Source: Turneriella sp. (GTDB taxonomy: Bacteria > Spirochaetota > Leptospiria > Turneriellales > Turneriellaceae). From it: 64,000 nucleotides of DNA. The stretch covers positions 2,656,001 through 2,720,000 of the forward strand of contig CBDIID010000003.1 in NCBI GenBank assembly GCA_965279515.1. The letters run 5' to 3'. Position 1 is the first letter of the stretch; each line of letters opens with the position of its first letter. The notes beneath the pieces are model-generated. The model was not told the origin of the DNA. It did not search any database and saw only the letters and a list, made by a program, of their open reading frames with translations. This document shows positions 29,601-36,446 of the stretch, one piece after another. The translations under genes and the position numbers were made by a program.

Positions 29601-32172
29601 AGCGCTGCTGTTTTTCCAGAAGGGCATCGCCCGTTAGGCCCACGGTCCATTCATTCTTGAGCTGTATCAGCTTGTCAGAGAATTGCTGCAGGTAATGCAC
29701 ATTCTGGGCATTTCCTGCTGGTGTTGCGGGATTTGTGCCACGCCACTGATCGAAGGCCCCTATCAGGGCGTTTAAATCCGTGCCGACTGTTATAGCACCG
29801 GCGCCCACAACGGTATTCAGCGCCGTCTTCTCTGTCAAAATCTGTCCTTCGCGCGTGTAAATGGTGTTCAGGTCAATGCCACGTGCGGCGAGTATATTTG
29901 TAAACTCCGTATCGCGCGTCGTTGCATTGCTCTTAACGAGAGGGTTCAGCGCGATATCGCCTTTCAGGATTTTATATTTGATTTCTGCGAGATCAGTATA
30001 AACTTTTTGAATATCGGCCGCTTCTTTCGTGATTTGCCCGAGCTCAAGACCCGCACCGGAAGCATTGGCTACGCGCGCATAGTTATAAACGGCTTCCGAT
30101 GTCGCCAGTTGCTGGGCGAGAAAATTACGGCGATTACGCAGAAGCTCCCATTCATATTCTGCCTGTGTCATCAAATAGGGATCGTTATCGTTGCTCGTCA
30201 GGTAATTACCGCCATAAGGCGTATTGAAATAAGCCGTAACGCGGTTAAAGAGCGACTGATCGACATTCAATCCGCTGGTCAGCAGAGACTGCACTTGTGT
30301 TTGCAGTGCGGTTTTCTTCGCGGCTTCGTCGGGGAAATTGGTATTATCCGCATTGATGGTATTCCAGATTTGCTGGATATCCGTCTTAACATTGGCGTGT
30401 TCGTCGCTGTAACTATTGAGCTTTGCCGTTACATCCGCGAAATTATAACCACCGGAAAACCAGGCGCCCAGATCAGCGCCGAGATACTGGCTCGAAACAG
30501 CGTAAAGATCGGCGCGCTGGATTTCACCGCGCAGATCGCGGTCATAGAGCACGTAGGCTTCGGCGAAGGTATCAAGTTTTGTCTGTAGCGCCGATTTAAA
30601 TCCAGAAGGGCCTAAAGCGGCAATCTCTGCCGGAACAGTACCGGCAAATACGCGCTTGTCCACCAGATAACCACTGTCAGGGTTTTGGGATAGCATCGTG
30701 CTTTGCATTTCTGTACGCACCCGGGCCAGCAGGTTATTGAAAGTACCAAGGGCAGTGTTAAAGTAATTAATCTGCTGCTGGTAAAATGTCTTGATTGTTG
30801 TATCTGTCGTATCGGGCATGACTGAGCTGTAGAAAGCTACAGCGTCCTGCGCCTGTGAAAGCGCAGAGCCACCCGTTGTCACCATATCAATCAGCTTGTC
30901 ATTATAGCCATTCCAGCGATCGTTTTCAGAGACAAGCAGGCGTTGAAATTCCGAATCCGCTCTTTGGCGCTCGTCGGCAAACTGTACGTATTTCTGGTCC
31001 CAAAGAGCACGCCCCTGTTGAATCTGCGTCTTGACCTGAGTCATCCATTTTTCTTTTTCTAAGCGGATACGCTCATACTGCGCTTTCCAGATTTCGCCGC
31101 CATCCTTGAGTAATTTCTTTTCTTTGTTGGCCCACTCGATGCGCTTCTCCATCAGGTCTTCTTCAGCGACCTCCCAGGACTTAAGCCCTTGGCTGACAAT
31201 GGCCTCTACCTGGCGCTGCCAATCCTGACCGAGATTATTGATGTCGGCACTTTGCTGCCCCAGAGCGGCATTGACCGCCTGCTGTAACGCCTGCGTCGTC
31301 ATTCCATCGACGCTCTGCCAAGTCTGCTTCAAAAGCTGGTCGGTAAGGTATGCGGCAGACTCTTTCTCTGACTCCGATTTAGCACTGCCCAAGTCTGAGC
31401 GCTTCTCTGCGATATACTGATTGCGTGCGCGGCGGAGATAATAGTTCTGCTTAAGTTCATACTCCGACTTAATCGATGCTTCCACCTTGGCGAGTTCTGC
31501 ATCGAAGGCAGTGCGCTCGGTTCCTGATAGTGCGAGATTTGTTGAGGCAATACGGTTGATCTCTGCGGTTAAAAGAGACTGAAACTGCGTTTCTACCGCT
31601 GCATTGTCGCCCTGAACCGTTGCATCCCAAAGTGCAAGGTTAAGATCGGTGCCCAGAACCGCCGTACGCGCTTTGGTAATAATCTGCCGGTACTTTTCTT
31701 CGTCGACTTCGGCAACGAAAGCGTTGCCAACAATAGCCTTCCACTTACCCCGCTCCGAAATAACCCTGTCAGCCGCCGTGGAAAGCCAGTCGAGTTTTGC
31801 CTGATCGAAAACTGCCTGCGCTGCATTCTTCTGCGCCAGCTTCTGCGCGTCGTCCAGACCGACAGTTTCATCGATGACTTTCTTTTCTGCGTCCAGAGAG
31901 GCCCGCGCTTCGGATTCCCATTGTGCCTCTGAGACACCTAAACCCTGATCGACAAAATTCTGCCACGTAGCTTCCGTCGACAGCGTTTTGCCGCGGTCGA
32001 AGTAATTTTCCATTTGTGTTTTGCCGCGCTCGTCGAAGGTCTTATATTGCGGCGCGGCGGCGAGAGCCGTCGTAAAAGGCATGATGCCGAAAAGATAAAC
32101 AAATACAAAGGTTAGCAGGAAAGACGTAAAACGGAAAAAACTCTCTCCATTCTGGCTACTACGGGAAAACAT
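17650..32172 (-). CDS. giant secreted helical protein with C-terminal ADP-ribosyltransferase-like domain (polymorphic toxin candidate)
   Basis: 4840-aa ORF with AGGAGG SD, signal-peptide-like N-terminus, long coiled-coil body and Gly/Ala hydrophobic segments. C-terminal R-S-E pattern: AYRAL...SPWISTT...SREVTIYQTIPKAAI. Confidence 0.8.
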   Translation of the reverse strand: MFSRSSQNGESFFRFTSFLLTFVFVYLFGIMPFTTALAAAPQYKTFDERGKTQMENYFDRGKTLSTEATWQNFVDQGLGVSEAQWESEARASLDAEKKVIDETVGLDDAQKLAQKNAAQAVFDQAKLDWLSTAADRVISERGKWKAIVGNAFVAEVDEEKYRQIITKARTAVLGTDLNLALWDATVQGDNAAVETQFQSLLTAEINRIASTNLALSGTERTAFDAELAKVEASIKSEYELKQNYYLRRARNQYIAEKRSDLGSAKSESEKESAAYLTDQLLKQTWQSVDGMTTQALQQAVNAALGQQSADINNLGQDWQRQVEAIVSQGLKSWEVAEEDLMEKRIEWANKEKKLLKDGGEIWKAQYERIRLEKEKWMTQVKTQIQQGRALWDQKYVQFADERQRADSEFQRLLVSENDRWNGYNDKLIDMVTTGGSALSQAQDAVAFYSSVMPDTTDTTIKTFYQQQINYFNTALGTFNNLLARVRTEMQSTMLSQNPDSGYLVDKRVFAGTVPAEIAALGPSGFKSALQTKLDTFAEAYVLYDRDLRGEIQRADLYAVSSQYLGADLGAWFSGGYNFADVTAKLNSYSDEHANVKTDIQQIWNTINADNTNFPDEAAKKTALQTQVQSLLTSGLNVDQSLFNRVTAYFNTPYGGNYLTSNDNDPYLMTQAEYEWELLRNRRNFLAQQLATSEAVYNYARVANASGAGLELGQITKEAADIQKVYTDLAEIKYKILKGDIALNPLVKSNATTRDTEFTNILAARGIDLNTIYTREGQILTEKTALNTVVGAGAITVGTDLNALIGAFDQWRGTNPATPAGNAQNVHYLQQFSDKLIQLKNEWTVGLTGDALLEKQQRWAQLKSAAGALFQSLTDLQGNYRFSELSQKIADVKNAMVPANPLQMNLTELGAQLQADKSLIEAQALVVASAKAAFDQQQDIYRQTKKNFDVIALPNSQQIIATEISNMGQQLASVTNRMVFVNGVTTEMKDVVSASELDYYRILRERTEAQKDVSFTNKALQAIDNLKAARTQNAALDTMLTAGFATKSIAQIAQDFKAQEASLIQRTGSVVNWTKTIELFDGIEAQKNAYLAAQTALTTAVGGGNAATIAQKEKELLIATELLRQNIDGFIISLKMEKKINSEALDYLLDSQSTLGGQTALLNASALQKEVGDAVTRTNAQYDRLNEAAVNHLQGLISGVISGNAQATANSETLLKAVDDQIAQLLGGNTRSNTGNSWVSGSSYDFGLFEGKTDTTFNITLEKLWIVRAYLTDANVKARIDNLSSIPPPGGQTIEQKWQKYLEEVQFYQKKNEIFHDVTTQAPQSATDSWVTGFNNSRTTLRNQINTILGAGSATAVQTALTNYLNGLPTPEQADDARFIIQSYLGHYVNEGSTANLVADLTQVRDAMTQELSKLNLNYGSIWAKEQYLAKDREARKYETDLASKFTQIAAKNLEIQTIDGDIAQLNTLASTATALELTAINNEITQKTNAKTTLQNDINQLNIDAAGLRTTIDPLRAYASEILTRGSSLVMAPFVQDALWQYRIEEEGYRRLNSEWSGVKDASFRAEQSAAQQGLTDTIKQVIGFYEKDAYGNILRDSTGKPVLNANFVNTYLAGVTPAPTVDSDISVLLSGNQSGAALESWVSALTQYIDRAQAERKDVPDSLKQAIAGLESSLVEYLSAQAYIANRDSDVATINGNTAATRTLETERIKNIAKVLTLYQNVNDAMSKYNPSTGTSPLGAYTALVNELSKTQNKELLTLFSSAAVGPDAAVHDSLTELFALSDQLKQVREQLYSAQIQKQFLAARQTAYQQNKVLSVSEFLNGVSVLKTDALKTSISNAAADANLVNAVIGSLSQPGVSEIYASKLWDILSAFPANGDPVILKSNLLVALASDTFATQVRNELNALSPRDLYAAKGTAGASIDTFIAEQAVRADTFRTNFDAYVSGISAATTTASAAGMITTWMQNTANVPVMQQDYASEIVYLMQTLDQSMPLGQFKSQLTNFTALLANPSATEKQKFTDLTLQTELTDALNQYHYSANFNAAGYPAELRNFVLLRGYNDLNAAYQEFLRLKSSPIADEQNKAMLDLSGHPQEMQRHFYLNDFYTFLDAGGAAGGGQALVAYLNGGDNRDAAGFVAQYLNSRKIDASIVGSNLISEFTNIVLHARHGALGTNLNPSLANNQVDVKKEAKEFRTRLLMAKFDTYLQGHLNAGMDQTAFKTYFDAFLNDDAYKIGADELKDQLSGSVEIADFRSRAFIYYGANNAGNGNLNQFLPGLYAGVMSAATFASDARVNADSLLPTALTSITNYKLAGKGYINEITGTRADALKSIYLKQKLSENLALDPGVMTGAQIAQMVSTSGYMVNATVSTTLNTYFSDLSLAVKVAADSPSAALYNLRLTKAVETQFAGDTVAKEGLLANRANLSIVERASYELMDQSTPALRALANKAEAAFLMAAWEKTAGGTLSSASNTYYNGLSTAEKSLFDDYVLALGTRFSAQSSKFVSDYVPELTTYLTQSSALFNGDLTKSEATVRAAAEHLATPALRTAATQNFNEFYKAFAQYMQGSGSGVTLGAATVTAADFAKMAAELNTQEKGFFTAEQSRLTTFFNTLQEATAERTHVMRLMSDASLTNPVFASDVGYEIKVAETMAQANFTAITEAISQKLKNNQATTTSRGRVFNRNLAVADNLKHFAALRGDPSTTALAQGGSLFLDFRSFLQTLNDKQTGIYNKYVSNTQPSPTLNRPDYFQGKEIKQNILNGGSGYTGAELEAMFAAAGGNPANYAALLKSDASTSPADQVTYSDGSVSQTLYQQQVNKVNTVANSDLAIAYKEHLANNYLTALSSMNRSLASIFAMAEVTDAASATNGRQQIVAGLSGAITAFKSGGNIEDLKTAFTDVKQTRNARLLDDNATTGLSDNVLLGAQKQIEQNTAALRDSRQKLAEAAQRDVILGSNARNFLAQTFKSVSDDLNGYYDPVTGVLVTNGARQNYEATVADLEARKAAYATHFTYYTDALNAMAAGFKNFQVENSDYEKKAAVKDFATTAYLFASSTQASSANEADAYQMYLSAKQRYDQTQAQLVAKAEEVRTQDTLTQLSDLITKIDQGLPLTAQETAMRATYQNFIDARKEYVLESERMIRVKKAQEILNAEIEKRKAIAALKLAAYNKAKDDLIQPSDPLNKPLVYNRDKSIATFQAILASRGPGGLASVLKGMSWIDDTYSQDSKIWFNTYSRSDQSGLDEPAVDSDWRSAQADYNNLSPADKALLDEFRQRVKDGNLSSNNYAAFKSGADDFIRKKELYHESVIRLNWAWAVGGPMLVSGAIMFGAASGFFGSAAAAAASFFGAWAAPALAALGSMHWGWGAAFMAAGLGMIIPATIDNDNKTRDMNSSGDNVNSQRDQIVNKLNTIKRTEEEYLAAQAAVDYFTKAPSQQVLKDRLVQWGGQNTIVRQVLDPVSLQMVAVTEKIYTLSDIDLRYVKDDKQAYMASTGVAYTAGQQCPPTGNCANDAGRATNVTSLTEAPEFATAAGDLYDPSQITTQNLESTLQGGFYWLNGEKYVKIKQMNHVGQMTDTYAKYITAPIALGGAWDTYDLGRVLNLVSNDSDVLRAQLKQSYLNAGNAHEQTLMLNEREKTMDTIWDYADAEGKEFKGFQIMAGDYSENSTNVFQTQQQQNASLVTQQWDLRKAELDAARARWENLATTIESRGTESFGASEQKFLKAWRQWEIDTNRKIEAGKKQWDDKIKTFLVSKQNWQEEIKSAAMESSLERMLGATGSALNDRLRALSSDISIPVDVPEVNVTDLVQAAMADFERNKPSDQRIFGEINKSISAFNVTLELGNATHFKGFNSSTLEGDFASNMETFSKKMAILNNVKLYESMKKMIEDFKDGLRKNDDNVTTALTTAATLANYRESGGWYQKDMGWAFGGNYSFSAYAHADVDAIMNRGMKEAGMTIMSGEEMVNFLQNGRDVDVKLFFEVQTMALEQAFKIVGGDRSKKGLYGEWVGKAPEFDDEGDPKDHGFGELGGWTGGDMHNDKTYRGLHYEEKRLAAYQGGWNAAIGLTAGLAAAATGNVGVMLTIAAAQATASTGAAISSGRDVGGSLAMGAIDFGMAFGGAAVGGGIAGTAIRGAMGVVRAGIGQNADGSLNLDFKGNWSKGGGAQALFSGAMSFAGEALGSAAGGDWGKVISAGFDAIGDGMRFDSGGISGFSVASAAGSLASAWATNSINPGQTESKSTYSGEIRKQMLSSEIGKLANAVTTTLVGAMMNDSQATNNFISTYQNTNGFSAMGGILGRVVNMRMEENKAVDAARQAAKDGSGQMPQEMMGALARAVMRRKEEEAESSMGGAGGGAKAASGGGGSGGSAGVDDPVTIARNYFGKAKMDAENIGQINQMLKSGILSDADVKEISKQQVANNIEAGTNKALKLVPTKDFGGFMNTLAAQHKLTPAQVEALYVKANNPTLDPSDPAAYEVARAELKAKMSQGGTIAMPAGAGEYTSQTDKKYAPIRAQRAAEGQQRNGYANMAGVGGVDLSYLGLMRANMAFDADPKNAKYVAQRRAQAEADQVPLIQAEMRNEYVRSQALALGGNALAFAANFINMGAYGAAAAPTGGSTLGMAWASNVAASVALNNAGANIYNLYHAAKGDFDYMPSTGEAVAKGLIPNDYPKAQAAVAGAIDFSPGAPSAAQLVGALPGLAKGVSSWLNSARTTENLAYRALNSADDAALTAGVDLTAKAPKGTWTAAEHIANTGPGSGGAAANSPWISTTRSLEVAEAYQSGNGIAVINLNKVPSFQVELWKHAPATLNKGKEAIPFWRSLFSREVTIYQTIPKAAIKEVIRPK

Positions 32173-32386
32173 AAAAGCCTCCTGCTCTTAATATAGACCG
32201 GGCATGACAGCAGAGCCTAAACTCGCCGTCAGCAAAAAAACGGTTTTCAGAGACATTAGCCCAGAGCCGACTCTTGTCTATTTTAGTATTGACTATTTAA
32301 TTTTGAATATGAATGCAATTTTTTGCAAAAAAGATGCGACATAACCCAAAGAAAGGAGAAAGCCTCTCTGGTAAAAACATACAGCA

Positions 32387-33652
32387 TTATTGCTTTTTCT
32401 GAATCACAGGCGGCTCTTTTGCCTTCTGTTCCTGCTCCTTTTTCTGGCGTTCTGCCTTTTCTTTCTCACCTTTTTTCTGCGATTCGGTTAAATCGGTTTC
32501 GATTTTGGTGAGAATGCCCAGCAGGCGCGGATAGAGATCTGCGGTAATATATCCCGCGTTGTACTGGCTGACGACCAAAGTGTCGAGCGGTCGCACCAGC
32601 TGATTCTCAAACTGGAATGCCGGCTGCGGAGCGGCTTTGACTCCCGGCGGAAAAAAAGCGAACTCTGAAATCAGTGTGTCCTGCTTGTCGGTCTTTTTGA
32701 CCTTCACGGCGCCCGTGAGTCCCGGCAAGGCCTTGGCATCAATACCAGCCGCGCGTATCGCTTCGGCAATCGGCTGCCCGGCATCGACCGCAAACGGCGC
32801 GTTGACGCGCAGCGCATTGAACAGCTGCGCAAACTCGGCGGCATGCGAAGGTTTGATGGAAAGCATTCCGTCCACATGCCAGACATTGATCTTAGTTTTA
32901 CCTTCGTCTTTGATGAGCATGCGCAGCTTCATCAGGCCGCCGGTTTTTTCGCGCAACAGGGGAAATTTCTTCAGAATCTCGGGTTCAATTTTTGTTTCGA
33001 TCAGGTCGGCGCCCTCTGACCCGTGGGGGTACAGCGATTGCTCACGCTGCGCAAAAATATTATTCAATATGCGGCGCACGGTGAAATCCGGCGTGATGAG
33101 CAACTTGTCTTTTTCGATATCGAGCAGGTAACGGCGGCTATCCCCCTGGCTCGAAGTACCGATACAGAATTGTTTCTTACCCGAACGGAATGTGGCGGTG
33201 AGTTTATTCGGGCAATCCTTGATGCCGTATTCAGCGTCGCGCCCGGGTTCATGCTTCAGTACATAATAGAAATCAGGCTCCGACCAATCCTGCACGATTG
33301 TTTTTACCAGCGCACCCGCATAAAAACCTTTGAGGTTTTTTAGTTCAGCCACACGTTTAGCCAACGCGCTATCTGTTGCGCTCAGATTTTTCACCTCAAC
33401 GCGGTAAAGAGATTCTTTGGGCTTCAGGATATTGTCTTCGCGCCGAATGGCATATTCGATGCGCGCTTTGGTTTTGTCGCCCAAAGACATTTCGCCCGAA
33501 TATTCGATGCTCTCTAATTGGGCCTGCGGAATCGAATAATACTTCTGCATCTCCCCCGCCTTTTTGGTCTCAGGCCAGAAAAGCGCGGCGATGAGCAGAA
33601 TAGCCGCCGCCGTAAAGAGCAGTGGAATACGGTTTCTCAGGATAACATTCAT
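32387..33652 (-). CDS. membrane-anchored hypothetical protein (DUF4340-like)
   Basis: N-terminal TM helix; AEYGI...FCIG...RRYL pattern; overlaps the PBP stop. Confidence 0.6.
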   Translation of the reverse strand: MNVILRNRIPLLFTAAAILLIAALFWPETKKAGEMQKYYSIPQAQLESIEYSGEMSLGDKTKARIEYAIRREDNILKPKESLYRVEVKNLSATDSALAKRVAELKNLKGFYAGALVKTIVQDWSEPDFYYVLKHEPGRDAEYGIKDCPNKLTATFRSGKKQFCIGTSSQGDSRRYLLDIEKDKLLITPDFTVRRILNNIFAQREQSLYPHGSEGADLIETKIEPEILKKFPLLREKTGGLMKLRMLIKDEGKTKINVWHVDGMLSIKPSHAAEFAQLFNALRVNAPFAVDAGQPIAEAIRAAGIDAKALPGLTGAVKVKKTDKQDTLISEFAFFPPGVKAAPQPAFQFENQLVRPLDTLVVSQYNAGYITADLYPRLLGILTKIETDLTESQKKGEKEKAERQKKEQEQKAKEPPVIQKKQ

Positions 33653-35958
33653 GGTTTCGTTTCTCCAGTGGGAGGTTTATCGGTACCCGGGACGGGCGGC
33701 GCGGTTTCCGGAGGTTTCGCACCGGGATCGACGGGTGGCGTGGGGGGCTGGGGTGTTTCCTGCGGAGAGCCCGATGGATCAAACTCGGTCGGTTCGGTAC
33801 CTTTAATAAAAGGCTGATCCTGTACCTCGTCTTCGCAGGCACCAGGAAAGCGCGAGATAAGACCCGTTGCAGGGCAAAAAGACTTACGCACGATTTGATC
33901 CTGATCGAAAACTTCGGCGAAGGGCCGCGGCTTGTCGGCCAAACGCGTCGAGCGGATATAATCGGCAAAACGCGGTGCGCAGAGACCGCTACCCGAACGC
34001 CCGGCGCCGAGTGTGGTGTTCGCGTCGTTACCGACCCACATCACCGTCGCTTCGTCCGAGACGAGCCCCACAAACCAGGCATCGACATATTTTGAAGTCG
34101 TACCGGTTTTACCGGCGACATCAAACATGAGCTTGCCTTCAGAATTGCGCAGCACTTTCATCGCCGGTTGCGCGGTACCGCCGCCGTCGACAACCGCCTG
34201 CATCATCGTCAGCGTCACATACGCCGCAGCGGGATCCATCACCTGGTGCGGCGGCGGCGGCTCGGGGGCTTCCCAAATCTGCCGGCCCTGGCTGTCTTCG
34301 ATGCGCAAGAGATCGCGCGGCTCGACGCGCTTGCCCTGATTGATCATCGCCGCATACATCTGCGTCAGCTGAATCGGCGTGAATGAGGATGACCCCAGTG
34401 CCACGCCCAATTCCCGCGGGATTTTCTTTTCCACATCTTTGTAAGGCATCTGCAACGTTTCATGGAACAGGCTGCGCAGATCGTCGAAATCGAGTTTCTG
34501 CAACACGCGTATTGCCGTCGGGTTGCGGCTGAGTTTCAGCGCATCGCGCAGCGTCATCTTGCCCATGAATTTGCCGTCGTAATTCTGGTAATCCTGCAGA
34601 GGTGAATCGTCGACCATCGAAGCCGGCGTCATGATCTGCTTCGCGAGCGCCATATAATAGATAATCGGTTTGATCGTCGAACCGATCTGTCGGTCGGCCT
34701 TGAGCGCCCGGTTAAACTGGTTCTGTGCTGAGAATTCGGCGCCACCCACCATCGCCAACATGTAACCGGTTTTGGGCTCGAGACTGATGAAGGCGGCATT
34801 GGTTGTCGCCAGAGCCTTTTCGAGTTCCTGAATCTTTGCGGCATTCCCCTTCTTCTTCGCAGCCGTGATCAGCTTTTCATAGTGAGCCTTCTGCAGCTCT
34901 ACAGCGGCCTTCACAGCCTTCTGCGCCGCAATCTGGCGGTTCAGGTCGAGTGTGGTGTAGATACGCAGCCCAGAGCGAGTCAGCGCCTCTTGCGAGAACG
35001 TCGTCATGAGCTTTTGCCGCAGGTAATCCAGAAAAAACGGCGCATAATTTCTACCGGTGAGGCGATCGGGAAAATCACCGATGCCCGATTGTTTGCTGTC
35101 TTTGCCGGCGATACGCCAGCTACGGAAGAATTTTGTCTTCTCTGTTTTGGCCTTTTCTTCGGTAATCTTATTCACCGCCACAAGGCTCGCGAGCACGTTA
35201 TGCTGGCGTTCGAGAAAGCGGGGTAAGTCAGTCACCGGCGAGAAAGCTTTGGGGTTGGGGATAATCCCCACCAACGCAGAGGCTTCACCCATCGTCAGGT
35301 TGTTCGCCGATTTGTTAAAGTAGAATTGCGCCGCGGTTTCGAGGCCGTAGATGCCGTGCCCCATGTAGATGAGGTTGAGGTACATCTCGAGGATTTCTTT
35401 TTTGCTGTACTTCGCCTCGATCGCGCGCGCGCAGAAGAATTCGAACAGCTTACGGTCGAGTGTCTTCTCCTGGTTGGTAAAAAGAACCTTGGCGAGCTGC
35501 TGCGTCAGCGTCGAGCCGCCCTGCGCGAGACGAAAACGGATGAGGTTGCGGAAAAACGCGCGGAAGATGCCGCCATAGTCGATGCCATGGTGTTCGTAAA
35601 ACTTTCGGTCCTCGCTGGCAATGAGCGCGTCGATGAGCTGCGGGGGAAAATCCTCGATGTTGAGCAAACTGCGCCGTTCGGTGTAAAACTCACCGATGAG
35701 TTTGTTGTTGCGGTCAAAGACCTTGGACGGAATCGCCACCGCACCCGGCTCAATCGAGGCAACGGTATCGCGCTCGATGGCTCCCGTTCGCAGGCGGTCG
35801 AGCTGCTGCTTGTAGAGCGTCAGCTTCTGCATCACGGCGGTCTCTTCGTCGCTCCAGCGGTTGTAGGCGAGAAAAACGCGTACACCGAAATAGCCAGCGA
35901 TAATCAGCAGATAGATCAGAATCTTTCCGCGGAAAAAGATATTATAGAATTTTCTCAT
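33649..35958 (-). CDS. class A penicillin-binding protein (PBP1A)
   Basis: Transglycosylase motifs EDRKFYEHHGID, GGSTLTQQL, LEMYLN; transpeptidase motifs STIK, SRN, KTG. Confidence 0.95.
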   Translation of the reverse strand: MRKFYNIFFRGKILIYLLIIAGYFGVRVFLAYNRWSDEETAVMQKLTLYKQQLDRLRTGAIERDTVASIEPGAVAIPSKVFDRNNKLIGEFYTERRSLLNIEDFPPQLIDALIASEDRKFYEHHGIDYGGIFRAFFRNLIRFRLAQGGSTLTQQLAKVLFTNQEKTLDRKLFEFFCARAIEAKYSKKEILEMYLNLIYMGHGIYGLETAAQFYFNKSANNLTMGEASALVGIIPNPKAFSPVTDLPRFLERQHNVLASLVAVNKITEEKAKTEKTKFFRSWRIAGKDSKQSGIGDFPDRLTGRNYAPFFLDYLRQKLMTTFSQEALTRSGLRIYTTLDLNRQIAAQKAVKAAVELQKAHYEKLITAAKKKGNAAKIQELEKALATTNAAFISLEPKTGYMLAMVGGAEFSAQNQFNRALKADRQIGSTIKPIIYYMALAKQIMTPASMVDDSPLQDYQNYDGKFMGKMTLRDALKLSRNPTAIRVLQKLDFDDLRSLFHETLQMPYKDVEKKIPRELGVALGSSSFTPIQLTQMYAAMINQGKRVEPRDLLRIEDSQGRQIWEAPEPPPPHQVMDPAAAYVTLTMMQAVVDGGGTAQPAMKVLRNSEGKLMFDVAGKTGTTSKYVDAWFVGLVSDEATVMWVGNDANTTLGAGRSGSGLCAPRFADYIRSTRLADKPRPFAEVFDQDQIVRKSFCPATGLISRFPGACEDEVQDQPFIKGTEPTEFDPSGSPQETPQPPTPPVDPGAKPPETAPPVPGTDKPPTGETKP

Positions 35959-36049
35959 AAGGGGTTAGACGCCGCCCCCAGGGAAAAGGATCGTATGGGC
36001 ACACGTCACCCTTGAGGGTGAAAATGCACAGAAAAGAAGATTTAGTAAA

Positions 36050-36361
36050 TCAGCCCTTGATGGCTGTAACTTGGAGCTTGTGGTAAGACTGGCGGTGGCC
36101 CCACTTGCGGTGGTTGTGCTTCTTTGTGCGGTAGAAAACACCGACGATTTTCGGGCCTTTGACTTCTTCGAGAACCTTAGCTGTTACCGAGGCGCCTGAA
36201 ACAAAGGGCTGGCCGACTTTGACCTGGCCATTGTTATTGACAGAGAGTACTTCGCTGATGTTCAGATCTTTACCGGGTTCGGTGCCTGTCAGCTCTGCGA
36301 AGAAAATAGTGTCTTGGGCAACACGGTACTGTTTACTGCCCACTTTGATAACGGCCTGCAT
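36050..36361 (-). CDS. rplU: 50S ribosomal protein L21
   Basis: MQAVIKVGSKQYRV...VGQPFVSGASVTAKVLE...GHRQ; start at ATG 36361 (103 aa). Confidence 0.95.
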   Translation of the reverse strand: MQAVIKVGSKQYRVAQDTIFFAELTGTEPGKDLNISEVLSVNNNGQVKVGQPFVSGASVTAKVLEEVKGPKIVGVFYRTKKHNHRKWGHRQSYHKLQVTAIKG

Positions 36362-36446
36362 CGGCGACAGGGCCGGTGATCGAGACAAGGGGTCAATCCT
36401 TTGTGGGATTTATCAACCTCCTCAATAACGGCGCCGATATTAGACT

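Noticed and set aside
18269..31937. Many opposite-strand or alternate-frame ORFs within the giant gene (and similar ones within PBP1A and flhA)
   Set aside because: These are shadow ORFs expected from codon bias and carry no recognisable motifs.
17650..32172. Phage tape-measure protein, Rhs or CdiA
   Set aside because: No phage structural genes, YD repeats, haemagglutinin repeats or adjacent TpsB. The protein has a signal-like N-terminus and an enzymatic tip.
32280..32335. Palindromes TGCAATTTTTTGCA and TTTTTTGCAAAAAA upstream of the giant gene as operators
   Set aside because: Low-complexity AT-rich sequence that cannot be distinguished from chance without comparative data.
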